Positions 1-9,523 of a DNA stretch of 64,000 nucleotides are shown in pieces. The DNA comes from Escherichia coli (lineage in GTDB: Bacteria; Pseudomonadota; Gammaproteobacteria; Enterobacterales; Enterobacteriaceae). The stretch is taken from NCBI RefSeq assembly GCF_024298765.1, contig NZ_CP101210.1; one strand, 5' to 3'. Numbering within the stretch: position 1 is the stretch's first letter; each line of letters begins with the position of its first letter. The position numbers were made by a program, and so were the translations under genes. A model generated the notes under the pieces. That model did not search any database, was not told where the DNA came from, and saw nothing but the letters and a program-made list of their open reading frames with translations.

Positions 1-28
1 TCTGAGCCATGATCAAACTCTTCAATTT
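1..28 (-). rRNA. rrsE: 16S rRNA, 5' terminal 28 nt only (gene continues beyond window start)
   Basis: Reverse complement of 1..28 is AAATTGAAGAGTTTGATCATGGCTCAGA, the mature 16S 5' end; same leader as the complete 16S at 38929..40470. Confidence 0.8.
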
Positions 29-360
29 AAAAGTTTGATGCTCAAAGAATTAAACTTCGTAATGAATTACGTGTTCACTCTTGAGACTTGGTATTCATTT
101 TTCGTCTTGCGACGTTAAGAATCCGTATCTTCGAGTGCCCACACAGATTGTCTGATAAATTGTTAAAGAGCAGTTGCGACGCGGCTTTCAGCTCACTGTC
201 GCGAGGTGGCGTATACTACGCTTTCCTCTTTCAGAGTCAACCCTGAATTTCAGGGTTTTTTCTCTTCAACCGAACCGGCTGTTTGTGTGAAGTGATTCAC
301 ATCCGCCGTGTCGATGGAGGCGCATTATAGGGAGTTCTCCGCAGGCCGCAATAGAAAAAT
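29..360 (-). promoter_or_regulatory. rrn operon leader and tandem P2/P1 promoter region with AT-rich UP element
   Basis: Leader 29..177 is near-identical to 40471..40619; minus strand reads CTCCCTATAATGCGCC (P1 -10) near 321..336 and an A/T-rich UP-like tract at 352..372. Confidence 0.6.
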
Positions 361-522
361 TGCAGAAAAATGACTGACTGCTGCATTCCCCAGCAAAACC
401 CCGCTTTATACCTTTTTACGCACAGAGTTATCCACAATCATCAATGTAATTTCTGTATTTTTCCCACGGCAACCACTGTCAAAATTGTGATCACCATTGA
501 AAGAGAAAAATTCGCGAGCGTT

Positions 523-538
523 GCGCAAACGTTTTCGT
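523..538 (+). promoter_or_regulatory. PurR operator (PUR box) at the purHD promoter
   Basis: gcgcaaacgttttcgt matches the PurR 16-bp palindromic consensus (aCGCAAACGTTTnCgT) about 110 bp upstream of purH. Confidence 0.6.
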
Positions 539-575
539 TACAATGCGGGCGAAAAATAAGGATGCCCCGTTAGGG

Positions 576-613
576 GCGTTAGCTGAGTTTTTCGCGAAAA
601 ATTCAGCTAACGC
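576..613. other. 38-bp near-perfect palindrome in the purH 5' leader
   Basis: gcgttagctgagtttttcgcgaaaaattcagctaacgc is self-complementary except one mirrored mismatch; lies between the PUR box and the purH ATG. Confidence 0.5.
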
Positions 614-645
614 TCTCTGTAATAGTCAAATCCAGGGGATTTACC

Positions 646-2235
646 ATGCAACAACGTCGTCCAGTCCGCCGCGCTCTGCTCAGTGTTTCTGACAAAGCCG
701 GTATCGTCGAATTCGCCCAGGCACTTTCCGCACGCGGTGTGGAGCTGCTGTCTACAGGGGGCACTGCCCGTCTGTTAGCAGAAAAAGGTCTGCCGGTAAC
801 CGAAGTTTCCGATTACACCGGTTTCCCAGAGATGATGGATGGACGCGTGAAGACCCTGCATCCGAAAGTACATGGTGGCATTCTGGGTCGTCGCGGCCAG
901 GACGATGCCATTATGGAAGAACATCAGATCCAGCCTATCGATATGGTGGTTGTTAACCTGTATCCGTTCGCCCAGACCGTTGCCCGTGAAGGTTGCTCGC
1001 TGGAAGATGCGGTTGAGAACATCGATATCGGCGGCCCAACGATGGTGCGCTCTGCCGCCAAGAACCATAAAGATGTCGCCATCGTGGTGAAGAGCAGCGA
1101 CTACGACGCCATTATTAAAGAGATAGATGCCAATGAAGGCTCCCTGACTCTGGAAACTCGCTTTGACCTTGCCATTAAAGCCTTCGAACACACCGCCGCC
1201 TACGACAGCATGATTGCCAACTACTTCGGCAGCATGGTTCCGGCTTACCACGGTGAAAGCAAAGAAGCCGCCGGTCGCTTCCCACGCACGCTGAACCTGA
1301 ACTTCATTAAGAAGCAGGATATGCGTTACGGCGAGAACAGCCACCAGCAGGCTGCCTTCTATATAGAAGAGAATGTGAAAGAAGCCTCCGTTGCTACCGC
1401 AACCCAGGTTCAGGGTAAAGCCCTCTCTTATAACAACATCGCCGATACCGATGCGGCGCTGGAGTGCGTGAAAGAGTTCGCCGAGCCGGCATGTGTGATT
1501 GTGAAGCACGCCAACCCTTGCGGCGTGGCTATCGGCCATTCCATTCTTGATGCTTACGATCGCGCGTACAAAACCGACCCAACCTCCGCGTTCGGCGGCA
1601 TTATCGCCTTTAACCGCGAGCTGGATGCGGAAACCGCACAGGCCATCATTTCTCGTCAGTTTGTTGAAGTGATCATTGCGCCATCCGCCAGCGAAGAAGC
1701 CCTGAAAATCACCGCCGCCAAACAGAACGTGCGCGTCCTGACCTGCGGTCAGTGGGGCGAGCGTGTTCCGGGCCTTGATTTCAAACGCGTGAACGGCGGT
1801 CTGCTGGTTCAGGATCGAGACCTGGGGATGGTCGGTGCAGAAGAACTGCGCGTCGTCACCAAACGTCAGCCGACCGAACAGGAACTGCGTGATGCGCTGT
1901 TCTGCTGGAAAGTGGCGAAGTTCGTGAAATCCAATGCTATCGTCTATGCCAAAAACAATATGACCATCGGGATTGGCGCGGGCCAGATGAGCCGCGTGTA
2001 CTCCGCAAAAATCGCCGGTATTAAAGCTGCCGATGAAGGTCTGGAAGTGAAAGGTTCCTCGATGGCTTCTGACGCGTTCTTCCCGTTCCGCGACGGTATT
2101 GATGCCGCCGCCGCTGCGGGCGTGACCTGCGTAATCCAGCCTGGCGGTTCTATCCGTGATGACGAAGTGATTGCCGCCGCCGACGAGCACGGTATTGCAA
2201 TGCTCTTCACCGACATGCGCCACTTCCGCCATTAA
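646..2235 (+). CDS. purH: Bifunctional AICAR transformylase / IMP cyclohydrolase
   Basis: 529-aa ORF; N-terminus [27 protein letters not shown] typical of PurH; followed 11 bp later by purD. Confidence 0.97.
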   Translation: MQQRRPVRRALLSVSDKAGIVEFAQALSARGVELLSTGGTARLLAEKGLPVTEVSDYTGFPEMMDGRVKTLHPKVHGGILGRRGQDDAIMEEHQIQPIDMVVVNLYPFAQTVAREGCSLEDAVENIDIGGPTMVRSAAKNHKDVAIVVKSSDYDAIIKEIDANEGSLTLETRFDLAIKAFEHTAAYDSMIANYFGSMVPAYHGESKEAAGRFPRTLNLNFIKKQDMRYGENSHQQAAFYIEENVKEASVATATQVQGKALSYNNIADTDAALECVKEFAEPACVIVKHANPCGVAIGHSILDAYDRAYKTDPTSAFGGIIAFNRELDAETAQAIISRQFVEVIIAPSASEEALKITAAKQNVRVLTCGQWGERVPGLDFKRVNGGLLVQDRDLGMVGAEELRVVTKRQPTEQELRDALFCWKVAKFVKSNAIVYAKNNMTIGIGAGQMSRVYSAKIAGIKAADEGLEVKGSSMASDAFFPFRDGIDAAAAAGVTCVIQPGGSIRDDEVIAAADEHGIAMLFTDMRHFRH

Positions 2236-2246
2236 TGGAGCAATAG

Positions 2247-3536
2247 ATGAAAGTATTAGTGATTGGTAACGGCGGGCGCGAGCACGCGCTGGCCTGGAAA
2301 GCGGCCCAGTCGCCGCTGGTTGAAACTGTTTTTGTTGCTCCGGGTAACGCAGGCACTGCGCTGGAGCCTGCACTGCAAAACGTCGCTATCGGCGTAACCG
2401 ATATCCCGGCGCTGCTGGATTTCGCGCAAAACGAAAAGATCGATCTAACCATCGTCGGCCCGGAAGCGCCGCTGGTGAAAGGCGTGGTGGATACCTTCCG
2501 CGCCGCCGGGCTGAAAATCTTCGGCCCAACCGCAGGTGCCGCGCAGCTGGAAGGCTCGAAAGCGTTTACCAAGGATTTCCTGGCCCGCCATCAGATCCCT
2601 ACGGCGGAATACCAGAACTTCACCGAGGTAGAACCTGCGCTGGCGTATCTGCGTGAGAAAGGCGCGCCAATCGTCATTAAAGCTGACGGTCTGGCTGCCG
2701 GGAAAGGCGTTATCGTGGCGATGACGCAGGAAGAAGCGGAAGCGGCTGTTCACGATATGCTGGCGGGCAACGCTTTTGGCGACGCGGGGCATCGCATCGT
2801 TATCGAAGAGTTCCTCGACGGCGAAGAAGCGAGCTTTATCGTGATGGTGGACGGTGAGCATGTGCTGCCGATGGCCACCAGCCAGGATCACAAACGCGTA
2901 GGCGATAAAGATACCGGGCCGAACACCGGCGGGATGGGCGCTTACTCCCCTGCGCCAGTGGTGACCGATGAAGTTCATCAGCGCACGATGGAACGTATCA
3001 TCTGGCCAACCGTGAAAGGCATGGCGGCGGAAGGCAACACCTACACCGGTTTTCTCTACGCGGGCCTGATGATCGACAAACAGGGCAATCCGAAGGTTAT
3101 TGAATTTAACTGCCGCTTTGGCGATCCAGAAACCCAGCCGATTATGCTGCGCATGAAGTCCGATCTGGTTGAGCTTTGCCTGGCGGCCTGTGAAGGCAAG
3201 CTGGACGAGAAAACGTCCGAGTGGGATGAACGCGCTTCTCTCGGCGTGGTGATGGCTGCGGGTGGATATCCGGGCGATTACCACACCGGCGATGTGATCC
3301 ACGGCCTGCCGCTGGAAGAAGTGTCTGACGGCAAAGTGTTCCACGCGGGCACGAAACTGGCGGATGACGAGCAGGTAGTGACCAGCGGCGGGCGCGTACT
3401 GTGCGTCACCGCGCTGGGTCATACCGTGGCAGAAGCGCAGAAACGCGCTTATGCCTTAATGACCGATATCCATTGGGACGACTGCTTCTGCCGGAAAGAT
3501 ATCGGCTGGCGCGCTATCGAACGCGAGCAGAACTAA
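2247..3536 (+). CDS. purD: Phosphoribosylamine-glycine ligase (GAR synthetase)
   Basis: 429-aa ORF MKVLVIGNGGREHALAWK; ATP-grasp fold signature; operon with purH. Confidence 0.97.
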   Translation: MKVLVIGNGGREHALAWKAAQSPLVETVFVAPGNAGTALEPALQNVAIGVTDIPALLDFAQNEKIDLTIVGPEAPLVKGVVDTFRAAGLKIFGPTAGAAQLEGSKAFTKDFLARHQIPTAEYQNFTEVEPALAYLREKGAPIVIKADGLAAGKGVIVAMTQEEAEAAVHDMLAGNAFGDAGHRIVIEEFLDGEEASFIVMVDGEHVLPMATSQDHKRVGDKDTGPNTGGMGAYSPAPVVTDEVHQRTMERIIWPTVKGMAAEGNTYTGFLYAGLMIDKQGNPKVIEFNCRFGDPETQPIMLRMKSDLVELCLAACEGKLDEKTSEWDERASLGVVMAAGGYPGDYHTGDVIHGLPLEEVSDGKVFHAGTKLADDEQVVTSGGRVLCVTALGHTVAEAQKRAYALMTDIHWDDCFCRKDIGWRAIEREQN

Positions 3537-4858
3537 CGCGACAGTTTTGCCAAGAGCGTTTTGCGCGTGATCCCTAACTGACGGGCGGCTTCGGTTTTGT
3601 TGCCGCCCGTTTTCTCCAGTGCCGCAAGAATCACCTCTTTTTCGACTTCCACCAGCGGCTGAATATCCTGACTTTGTACCAGCGGGATCGGCGTACTCGC
3701 AATCGCCAGCGGCAGCTCGCGTTCGGAAATATATTCCCCGGTCAGCAGCACCACCGCCCGTTCCACCGTGTTTTCCAGTTCACGAATATTTCCCGGCCAG
3801 TCGTAGTGAATCAGCAGATCCATCGCCTGGGGCGTAAAACCTTTTACCGCCTTACGATTACGCTCGGCAAAGCGCTGAAGAAAATGGTTTGCCAGCAGAG
3901 GAATATCTTCCCGCCGCTGACGCAGCGACGGAACTTCAATCGCCACCACGTTCAGGCGATAGTAGAGATCCTGGCGAAAACGCCCGGCATTCACCTCTGC
4001 GGCAAGATCGCGATGAGTCGCCGCAATCAGCCGGACATCAACCGAGATGGTCTGGTTGCTGCCGACACGCTGAACTTCGCGCTCCTGAATCGCACGCAGC
4101 AGACGAACCTGCATCATCGGCGAGATATCGCCAATTTCATCGAGAAACAGCGTGCCGCCGTCCGCCTCAACAAAGCGCCCTTCCCGGCGTTTATCGGCTC
4201 CGGTAAACGCCCCTTTTTCGTGACCGAACAATTCAGATTCCAGCAAGGATTCGTTGAGTGCCGCACAGTTGAGCGTTACCAGTGGTTTTTCACTCCGTGC
4301 GCTACTGGCGTGAATCGCCCTTGCGACCAGCTCTTTACCGGTGCCGGAATCGCCGTGGATCAGCACCGTGGCTTCCGATGGCGCGACGAGGGCGATTTCA
4401 CTGAGCAGGTGTTGCATCGCCGGGCTTTTACCGACCATACCGAACTGGCTGGCAGTCACCACAGGCGTTTCAGCATCAATACTGTGCGTATGTGCGAGCG
4501 CCTTTTCCAGCGTCGCCTGCAGGTTATCGAAATCCAGCGGCTTGATGAGATAATCCAGCGCCCCGGTTTTCAACGCTTCTACCGCCGTCTCGACGCTGGA
4601 GTACGCGGTCATAATCAGTACCGGAATCGCCGGATTTAACGCTTTGATCTCTTTTAGCGTGGCAATGCCGTCCATCTCTGCCATTCGCACATCGCAAAGC
4701 ACAAGATCAAAAACCTGTTCCCGCACCTGCTCCAGCGCCTGTCGCCCGCTGTTCGCCAGCGCGACGTTATAGCCCCAGCCGCGCAGCAAAGCCTGCAAAA
4801 TAGTGCAGTGGCTAATGTCATCATCCACCACCAGAATATCGATATTATCGTGCGTCAT
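3533..4858 (-). CDS. zraR: Sigma54-dependent response regulator (NtrC family)
   Basis: 441 aa; receiver domain, AAA+ sigma54 activator motifs ([14 protein letters not shown]), C-terminal HTH; 4-bp overlap with zraS. Confidence 0.95.
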   Translation of the reverse strand: MTHDNIDILVVDDDISHCTILQALLRGWGYNVALANSGRQALEQVREQVFDLVLCDVRMAEMDGIATLKEIKALNPAIPVLIMTAYSSVETAVEALKTGALDYLIKPLDFDNLQATLEKALAHTHSIDAETPVVTASQFGMVGKSPAMQHLLSEIALVAPSEATVLIHGDSGTGKELVARAIHASSARSEKPLVTLNCAALNESLLESELFGHEKGAFTGADKRREGRFVEADGGTLFLDEIGDISPMMQVRLLRAIQEREVQRVGSNQTISVDVRLIAATHRDLAAEVNAGRFRQDLYYRLNVVAIEVPSLRQRREDIPLLANHFLQRFAERNRKAVKGFTPQAMDLLIHYDWPGNIRELENTVERAVVLLTGEYISERELPLAIASTPIPLVQSQDIQPLVEVEKEVILAALEKTGGNKTEAARQLGITRKTLLAKLSR

Positions 4859-6231
4859 CCTTGTGGGTCCTTACGCGTAATAGTGACCGGAAGCCAGAGG
4901 GTGAACGTTGCGCCTTTTCCCTCCTGGCTTACGACCTGAATTGTACCACCGTGTTGTTCAACAATATTATGCACGACCGCCAGCCCCAGTCCGGTGCCTT
5001 CGGCCTTCGTGGTGAAATACGGGGTGAAGATGGCTTCAAGCTGATCCGCCGCAATTCCCTTACCGCTGTCGGTAACGCTGATTTTTACGCCCGCGCCGCT
5101 TTCGCTGGCCGTCACGCTAATCACGCCATGCTGACCAATCGCCTGAATAGCGTTGAGATAGAGATTCAACAGGACCTGAGTCAGCCTGTCCGGATCGGCC
5201 TGAATTTCCGGTAATGTGTCGTTGGCGGTAAAGCGTAACTGGATCTCCCGGCTGTTTGCATCCTGGCTTACCAGCTGTAATGAGTGGCTAATCAGCGTGT
5301 TGAGTTCCACCGCCTGCAAAGCCAGATGCGTTGGCTTAACCAGTTCCAGCAACTCGCTTACCACGCGGTTTAAACGGTCAGCTTCTTTCGCCATCACCTG
5401 CGCCAGTTGATGCGCTTCTCCCCCTGCTGGCGCGCGTTCGGCAAAGTATTTCGCCAGCCCTTTAATCGAGGAAAGTGGGTTACGGATTTCGTGGGCAACG
5501 CCTGCCGCAAGATGCCCCAGTGCCACCAGCTTCTCTTTGCGCTTCATTTCATCCTGCAACAGCTGGCCCGAGCGCAGATATCGGCGATACCAGAAGAATG
5601 ACAACACGCTTGCCAGCAAGACCGTCGCCAGGGCGAAGAGGATAATCAGGGTGTTTCTCTGCTCACGATCTTCGGCACTCACAATGTTACTGGCGTCGAA
5701 AGCGATAAAAATTGCTTGTGGTGTCGCGGCATACTGCTGCATATGGCGCATCCGGTGCATTCCAGCAGCAAACATCGGTTGAAACTGGCGATAAATTTCC
5801 AGAACAGGCTCGCCGTCTGCGCTATCGATCCGCCGCCACGCTTCTTCATCTCCCGGATGTAACTGCTGCATTTCCTGCGGGGAATAAAGCTGTTTTCCCA
5901 CCATGCCGGAGTTGCTATGCATCACGATTGTTCCTTGTTCATCCGTGACCGCAAACCAACGTACACCAGGCTGCCCGGCCATTTCTTCCAGTAATGCCTG
6001 CTGCTGCGCATGATGCATGCGCATCCCCATGCCGACGCGCGAGCCGGATTCGAGAGCACGGATAAGTACACTGCCTTTTTCCAGCAGCGTTTGTCTGGCG
6101 GCTGCAGTCTCGCGCCCGTAATCGCGAATCACTGTCACCGCAAACAGCCCCACCAGCCCAACAATGACCACGGGGAGGATCGCGCTTAACCATTTAGCTA
6201 AGGAGTCTTTAGAACGTTGCATAAAACGCAT
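4855..6231 (-). CDS. zraS: Sensor histidine kinase of the zinc-responsive envelope stress two-component system
   Basis: 458-aa ORF; TM segments, H-box HEIRNPL, HATPase G-boxes; upstream of and overlapping zraR. Confidence 0.9.
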   Translation of the reverse strand: MRFMQRSKDSLAKWLSAILPVVIVGLVGLFAVTVIRDYGRETAAARQTLLEKGSVLIRALESGSRVGMGMRMHHAQQQALLEEMAGQPGVRWFAVTDEQGTIVMHSNSGMVGKQLYSPQEMQQLHPGDEEAWRRIDSADGEPVLEIYRQFQPMFAAGMHRMRHMQQYAATPQAIFIAFDASNIVSAEDREQRNTLIILFALATVLLASVLSFFWYRRYLRSGQLLQDEMKRKEKLVALGHLAAGVAHEIRNPLSSIKGLAKYFAERAPAGGEAHQLAQVMAKEADRLNRVVSELLELVKPTHLALQAVELNTLISHSLQLVSQDANSREIQLRFTANDTLPEIQADPDRLTQVLLNLYLNAIQAIGQHGVISVTASESGAGVKISVTDSGKGIAADQLEAIFTPYFTTKAEGTGLGLAVVHNIVEQHGGTIQVVSQEGKGATFTLWLPVTITRKDPQG

Positions 6232-6329
6232 CTTCTTCTTTGCCTGCTCATCCCTTTCTGACAGCAGAAATCATGCCATCTTTTATCAGCGCTTACCCTG
6301 CGCTGTAACACAAAGGCTTAAGTTTCAAT

Positions 6330-6375
6330 GAGTAAAAATGACTCGCTACCCGCAGCAGGCGAGTCATTTTTACTC
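6330..6375. promoter_or_regulatory. Pair of 17-bp inverted repeats (ZraR enhancer-like sites) in the zraP-zraS divergent region
   Basis: gagtaaaaatgactcgc, 12-bp spacer, then gcgagtcatttttactc: a perfect inverted repeat. Confidence 0.6.
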
Positions 6376-6417
6376 GTTTATCATGCCAGATTACCCGTCA
6401 TATCAGCGTTTCATCGT

Positions 6418-6434
6418 TGGCACGGAAGATGCAA
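6418..6434 (+). promoter_or_regulatory. Sigma54 (-24/-12) promoter of zraP
   Basis: TGGCACggaagaTGCA matches the TGGCAC-N5-TTGCA consensus about 35 bp upstream of the zraP ATG. Confidence 0.6.
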
Positions 6435-6468
6435 TACCCGAAGTAAGACAACCACTGGAGGATTAACC

Positions 6469-6894
6469 ATGAAACGGAACACGAAAATTGCCCTGGTAAT
6501 GATGGCGCTTTCAGCAATGGCGATGGGATCGACATCGGCATTTGCTCACGGCGGACACGGTATGTGGCAGCAAAATGCCGCGCCTTTGACCAGCGAACAA
6601 CAGACAGCGTGGCAGAAAATCCATAATGACTTTTACGCTCAAAGCAGCGCACTGCAACAGCAACTGGTGACGAAGCGTTATGAATACAACGCCCTGTTAG
6701 CCGCGAACCCACCGGATAGCAGCAAAATTAACGCGGTCGCCAAAGAGATGGAGAATTTGCACCAGTCGTTAGATGAATTACGGGTGAAACGAGATATTGC
6801 GATGGCTGAAGCGGGTATTCCGCGCGGTACCGGAATGGGCATGGGCTACGGCGGCTGCGGTGGTGGCAGTCATATGGGTATGGGCCACTGGTAA
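6469..6894 (+). CDS. zraP: Periplasmic zinc-binding envelope stress chaperone
   Basis: 141 aa starting MKRNTKIALVMMALSAMAMG (signal peptide), Gly/Met/His-rich C-terminus; track ORF 6328..6894 is extended upstream across the promoter. Confidence 0.92.
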   Translation: MKRNTKIALVMMALSAMAMGSTSAFAHGGHGMWQQNAAPLTSEQQTAWQKIHNDFYAQSSALQQQLVTKRYEYNALLAANPPDSSKINAVAKEMENLHQSLDELRVKRDIAMAEAGIPRGTGMGMGYGGCGGGSHMGMGHW

Positions 6895-6895
6895 A

Positions 6896-7597
6896 TCAGA
6901 ACGTTTTCTCGTTGGGTTGCCAGCGACAGAAATCAGAGTTTGCCACTAACAGTAATTGCGAACCTTCGGGCGCTTCCAGCCATGCCACGCTGACATCAAC
7001 AGAAGAGCGGCTCTGGCGGCGCTCGATATGCGCTATCGCCTGCGAATCTAAATCAGGTTTAATGGTTTGCCCTTCGCAGGTGGTCACGGTCTGTTCCATC
7101 GCATGCCAGCGCCCCTGGCGCAGCACGACTCTTCCCTGACGTAAGGCATCGCTAATCTGGCGGATCTGATCAGCACGATAACGGTATAAATCGATTTGGT
7201 CGTTAGAAAGCTGCTGCTTTTCCCCATCGGATTCACGTTGCATAAAGCTCAGATCGCCGCGATCGTCAAAACGCGCGCGAATGTTCACCGGCGGTTTGCT
7301 GTAAACATTGATATTGATGAGCGTAAGGTTATCGCCCTGCCAGCGATACTCTCGCGTGGTGGTATCGCCACTGCGCCACGGGCTAAACACGGCAAGCAGA
7401 TGCACATTATCGCCGCTGTCTTTTCGCCAGATGCGTACCGCGCCCTGGTCTTCAGCAAATCCACTGGCGGTAAAGGGAGGAAGTGAAGAGTTGTGGCTAC
7501 AGGCAGTGAGAAACAGCGCACCTGCCAGCATCAATGATCGACGCCAGAAAGACAAAAGGGGTGAAACCACCCCTTCGTTAAAACTGTTCACTGCCAC
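6896..7597 (-). CDS. yjaH: Conserved hypothetical protein (probable lipoprotein)
   Basis: ORF with hydrophobic N-terminus and Cys (LAGALFLTACSHN); synteny between zraP and hupA; track start is probably a GTG, exact start uncertain. Confidence 0.8.
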   Translation of the reverse strand: MAVNSFNEGVVSPLLSFWRRSLMLAGALFLTACSHNSSLPPFTASGFAEDQGAVRIWRKDSGDNVHLLAVFSPWRSGDTTTREYRWQGDNLTLININVYSKPPVNIRARFDDRGDLSFMQRESDGEKQQLSNDQIDLYRYRADQIRQISDALRQGRVVLRQGRWHAMEQTVTTCEGQTIKPDLDSQAIAHIERRQSRSSVDVSVAWLEAPEGSQLLLVANSDFCRWQPNEKTF

Positions 7598-7603
7598 GCA
7601 ATC

Positions 7604-7876
7604 TTACTTAACTGCGTCTTTCAGTGCCTTGCCAGAAACAAATGCCGGTACGTTAGCTGCGGCAATTTTGATTTCTTTACCGGTCTGCGGGTTGCGGCCA
7701 GTACGCTCAGCGCGGTGGTTCACTTTGAAGGTACCGAAACCAACCAGTTGTACAGCATCGCCTTCTTTCAGAGACTCAGTAATTGCAGCCAGAGTGGACT
7801 CCAGAGCAGCTTTAGCCTGGGTTTTGGACAGTTCTGCTTTCTCTGCAATTACATCAATCAGTTGAGTCTTGTTCAT
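7604..7876 (-). CDS. hupA: Nucleoid-associated protein HU alpha subunit
   Basis: 90 aa [73 protein letters not shown]. Confidence 0.98.
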
Positions 7877-7975
7877 AAGTTATCCTTACAATGTGTTTAT
7901 CGCTTGCTAAGCATCGAGTGCGACGGAAATGCCAGAATAGCACTCTCCTGCATACACGCACCGATAGCCACTTTT

Positions 7976-8012
7976 TTTCGCCCCCCAAATGTAGACCAGA
8001 CGGGGGGCGAAA
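7976..8012. other. GC-clamped stem-loop (tttcgcccccc / ggggggcgaaa) in the yjaG-hupA intergenic region
   Basis: 11-bp inverted repeat with a 15-nt loop, preceded by a T7 run on the plus strand. Confidence 0.5.
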
Positions 8013-8062
8013 GGGAAGACTCCAGGTACGACAAATCAGGCGTTAAATCACGTTTTCTGGTC

Positions 8063-8653
8063 TTATTGCTGAAAAATTATACCAATATTGCTCTCACCCG
8101 CCTCACGCAGGTCTGCCCTAAGGCCTTTTATCAGCTCGATATCGCGTTCTTCGCACTCAGCTAAAAGTCGGAATATTTCCCACTGAATGTCCCATTCTTG
8201 CTCTACAGCTGGGTTTTCTTTGAGCTCTTCATCGCTCATTTCGCGACCAGCCTGAGTCATTTCCAGCATCGCAACGGTCGTGATGGAGGTCTTACTCACT
8301 TCCACCGCGTGTTCGAGCGTTTCACCACTCAAACGCGAATGGACCAGTTCACTTAACGCCACGCAGGCATCGATTGCCGGATAAACGCCGTACAGATCGA
8401 AATCGTCGGCTGAAGGAATCGCTTCTTCAAATTTCTCCAGTTGGCTGTCGAAATTTACTTTTGCGTCTTTGACGGTCAGCGTTTCCCAGATGAGATCGAG
8501 AATACGGCGGTAAATTTGCCCATCACCAAAACCAGTTTGCTGACAGAATACGGCGTAATTGGGGTACATGCGTTCGCATAAGCAGGCCATAAAAGTGACG
8601 TGCTGCCAGCTTTCCAGGCGCTCCAGACGCAGATGAATTGGGTTTTGTAACAT
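8063..8653 (-). CDS. yjaG: DUF416-family conserved protein
   Basis: 196-aa ORF in conserved position between hupA and nfi. Confidence 0.88.
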   Translation of the reverse strand: MLQNPIHLRLERLESWQHVTFMACLCERMYPNYAVFCQQTGFGDGQIYRRILDLIWETLTVKDAKVNFDSQLEKFEEAIPSADDFDLYGVYPAIDACVALSELVHSRLSGETLEHAVEVSKTSITTVAMLEMTQAGREMSDEELKENPAVEQEWDIQWEIFRLLAECEERDIELIKGLRADLREAGESNIGIIFQQ

Positions 8654-8695
8654 GTTGAGTTCTCAAATACGGAAATTATCCGCAGTTTACCTGAA

Positions 8696-9367
8696 TTAGG
8701 GCTGATTTGCTGTATAGCGCACGAACGCCGGACGTTCCGAGGCCACCGCGTCCGCCCAGCGCGTTGGCTCCGGCAGACGATAGCCTTTCATGCAGCGTTG
8801 TACCCACGCCAGCGCGCTGTCTACGCTGACCCGATGGCCGGTAGCGATAAACAACGGGTTACAGCGCGCTTTGCTGCGCCAGACCCAGGCCAGCTGCTCG
8901 CCTTTATCCATCAGCGGTGCCAGCGCGCCCGGTTCACTGGAGAGCGGTTCGAATTTACCGCAGAGCCGTTTTTTCGCCACGCCTATCGTTGGCACATCCA
9001 CCAGCAAACCAAAGTGGCTGGCGACGCCAAGACGGCGAGGATGCGAGATCCCGTGACCATCGACAAACACTAAATCCGGCTTTTGCGACAGCATCTCCCA
9101 CGCTGCCAGCAGCGCAGGATATTCGCGGAAGGAGAGAAAACCTGGAATGTAAGGCATGGTGGTGGCGATGCGGGCCACTTTATACTCCACCAGCTCAAGC
9201 GAGGGGTATTTCAGCAGCACCATCGCCGCTCGCGTCACTTCTCCGCCCTGCTCAAATCCGACATCGGCTCCGGCGATCAGATCCGGCGGATCTTTATCGA
9301 GTCGATCCTCGCGGATCACAGAAGAAGCCAGTTCGATTTGTTGAGCGCGTAATGACGCGAGATCCAT
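8696..9367 (-). CDS. nfi: Endonuclease V (deoxyinosine 3' endonuclease)
   Basis: 223 aa [23 protein letters not shown]; RBS aaggag upstream. Confidence 0.95.
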
Positions 9368-9379
9368 AATCGCTCCTTA

Positions 9380-9523
9380 GAGCCTGGTCCACCAGGCGTA
9401 ATTGTTGAAGGCAGTTTGAGGCCGGACAGCGCGGAAAAACCGGAGCGTACACGTAGTACGTGAGGATTTTGAGCACTGCCCGGCCTCAAAATGGCAAATA
9501 AAATAGCCTGATGGACCAGGCTC
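9380..9523. mobile_element. 144-bp MITE-like palindromic element with 18-bp terminal inverted repeats, flanked by TTA direct repeats
   Basis: Left TIR gagcctggtccaccaggc (9380..9397) vs right TIR reverse complement gagcctggtccatcaggc (9506..9523); inner IR ttgaggccgg/ccggcctcaa; central perfect palindrome cacgtagtacgtg; TTA at 9377..9379 and 9524..9526. Confidence 0.6.

Noticed and set aside
370-573. 67-aa ORF upstream of purH
   Set aside because: It overlaps the rrnE UP element and promoter and the purH promoter and PUR box; it has no RBS and is an AT-rich promoter region.
4855-6231. zraS ORF is 458 codons, slightly shorter than the length I vaguely recall for K-12 ZraS
   Set aside because: I cannot verify the reference length or start codon from memory; the flanking spacings match expectation, so this is probably an annotation-start difference rather than biology.
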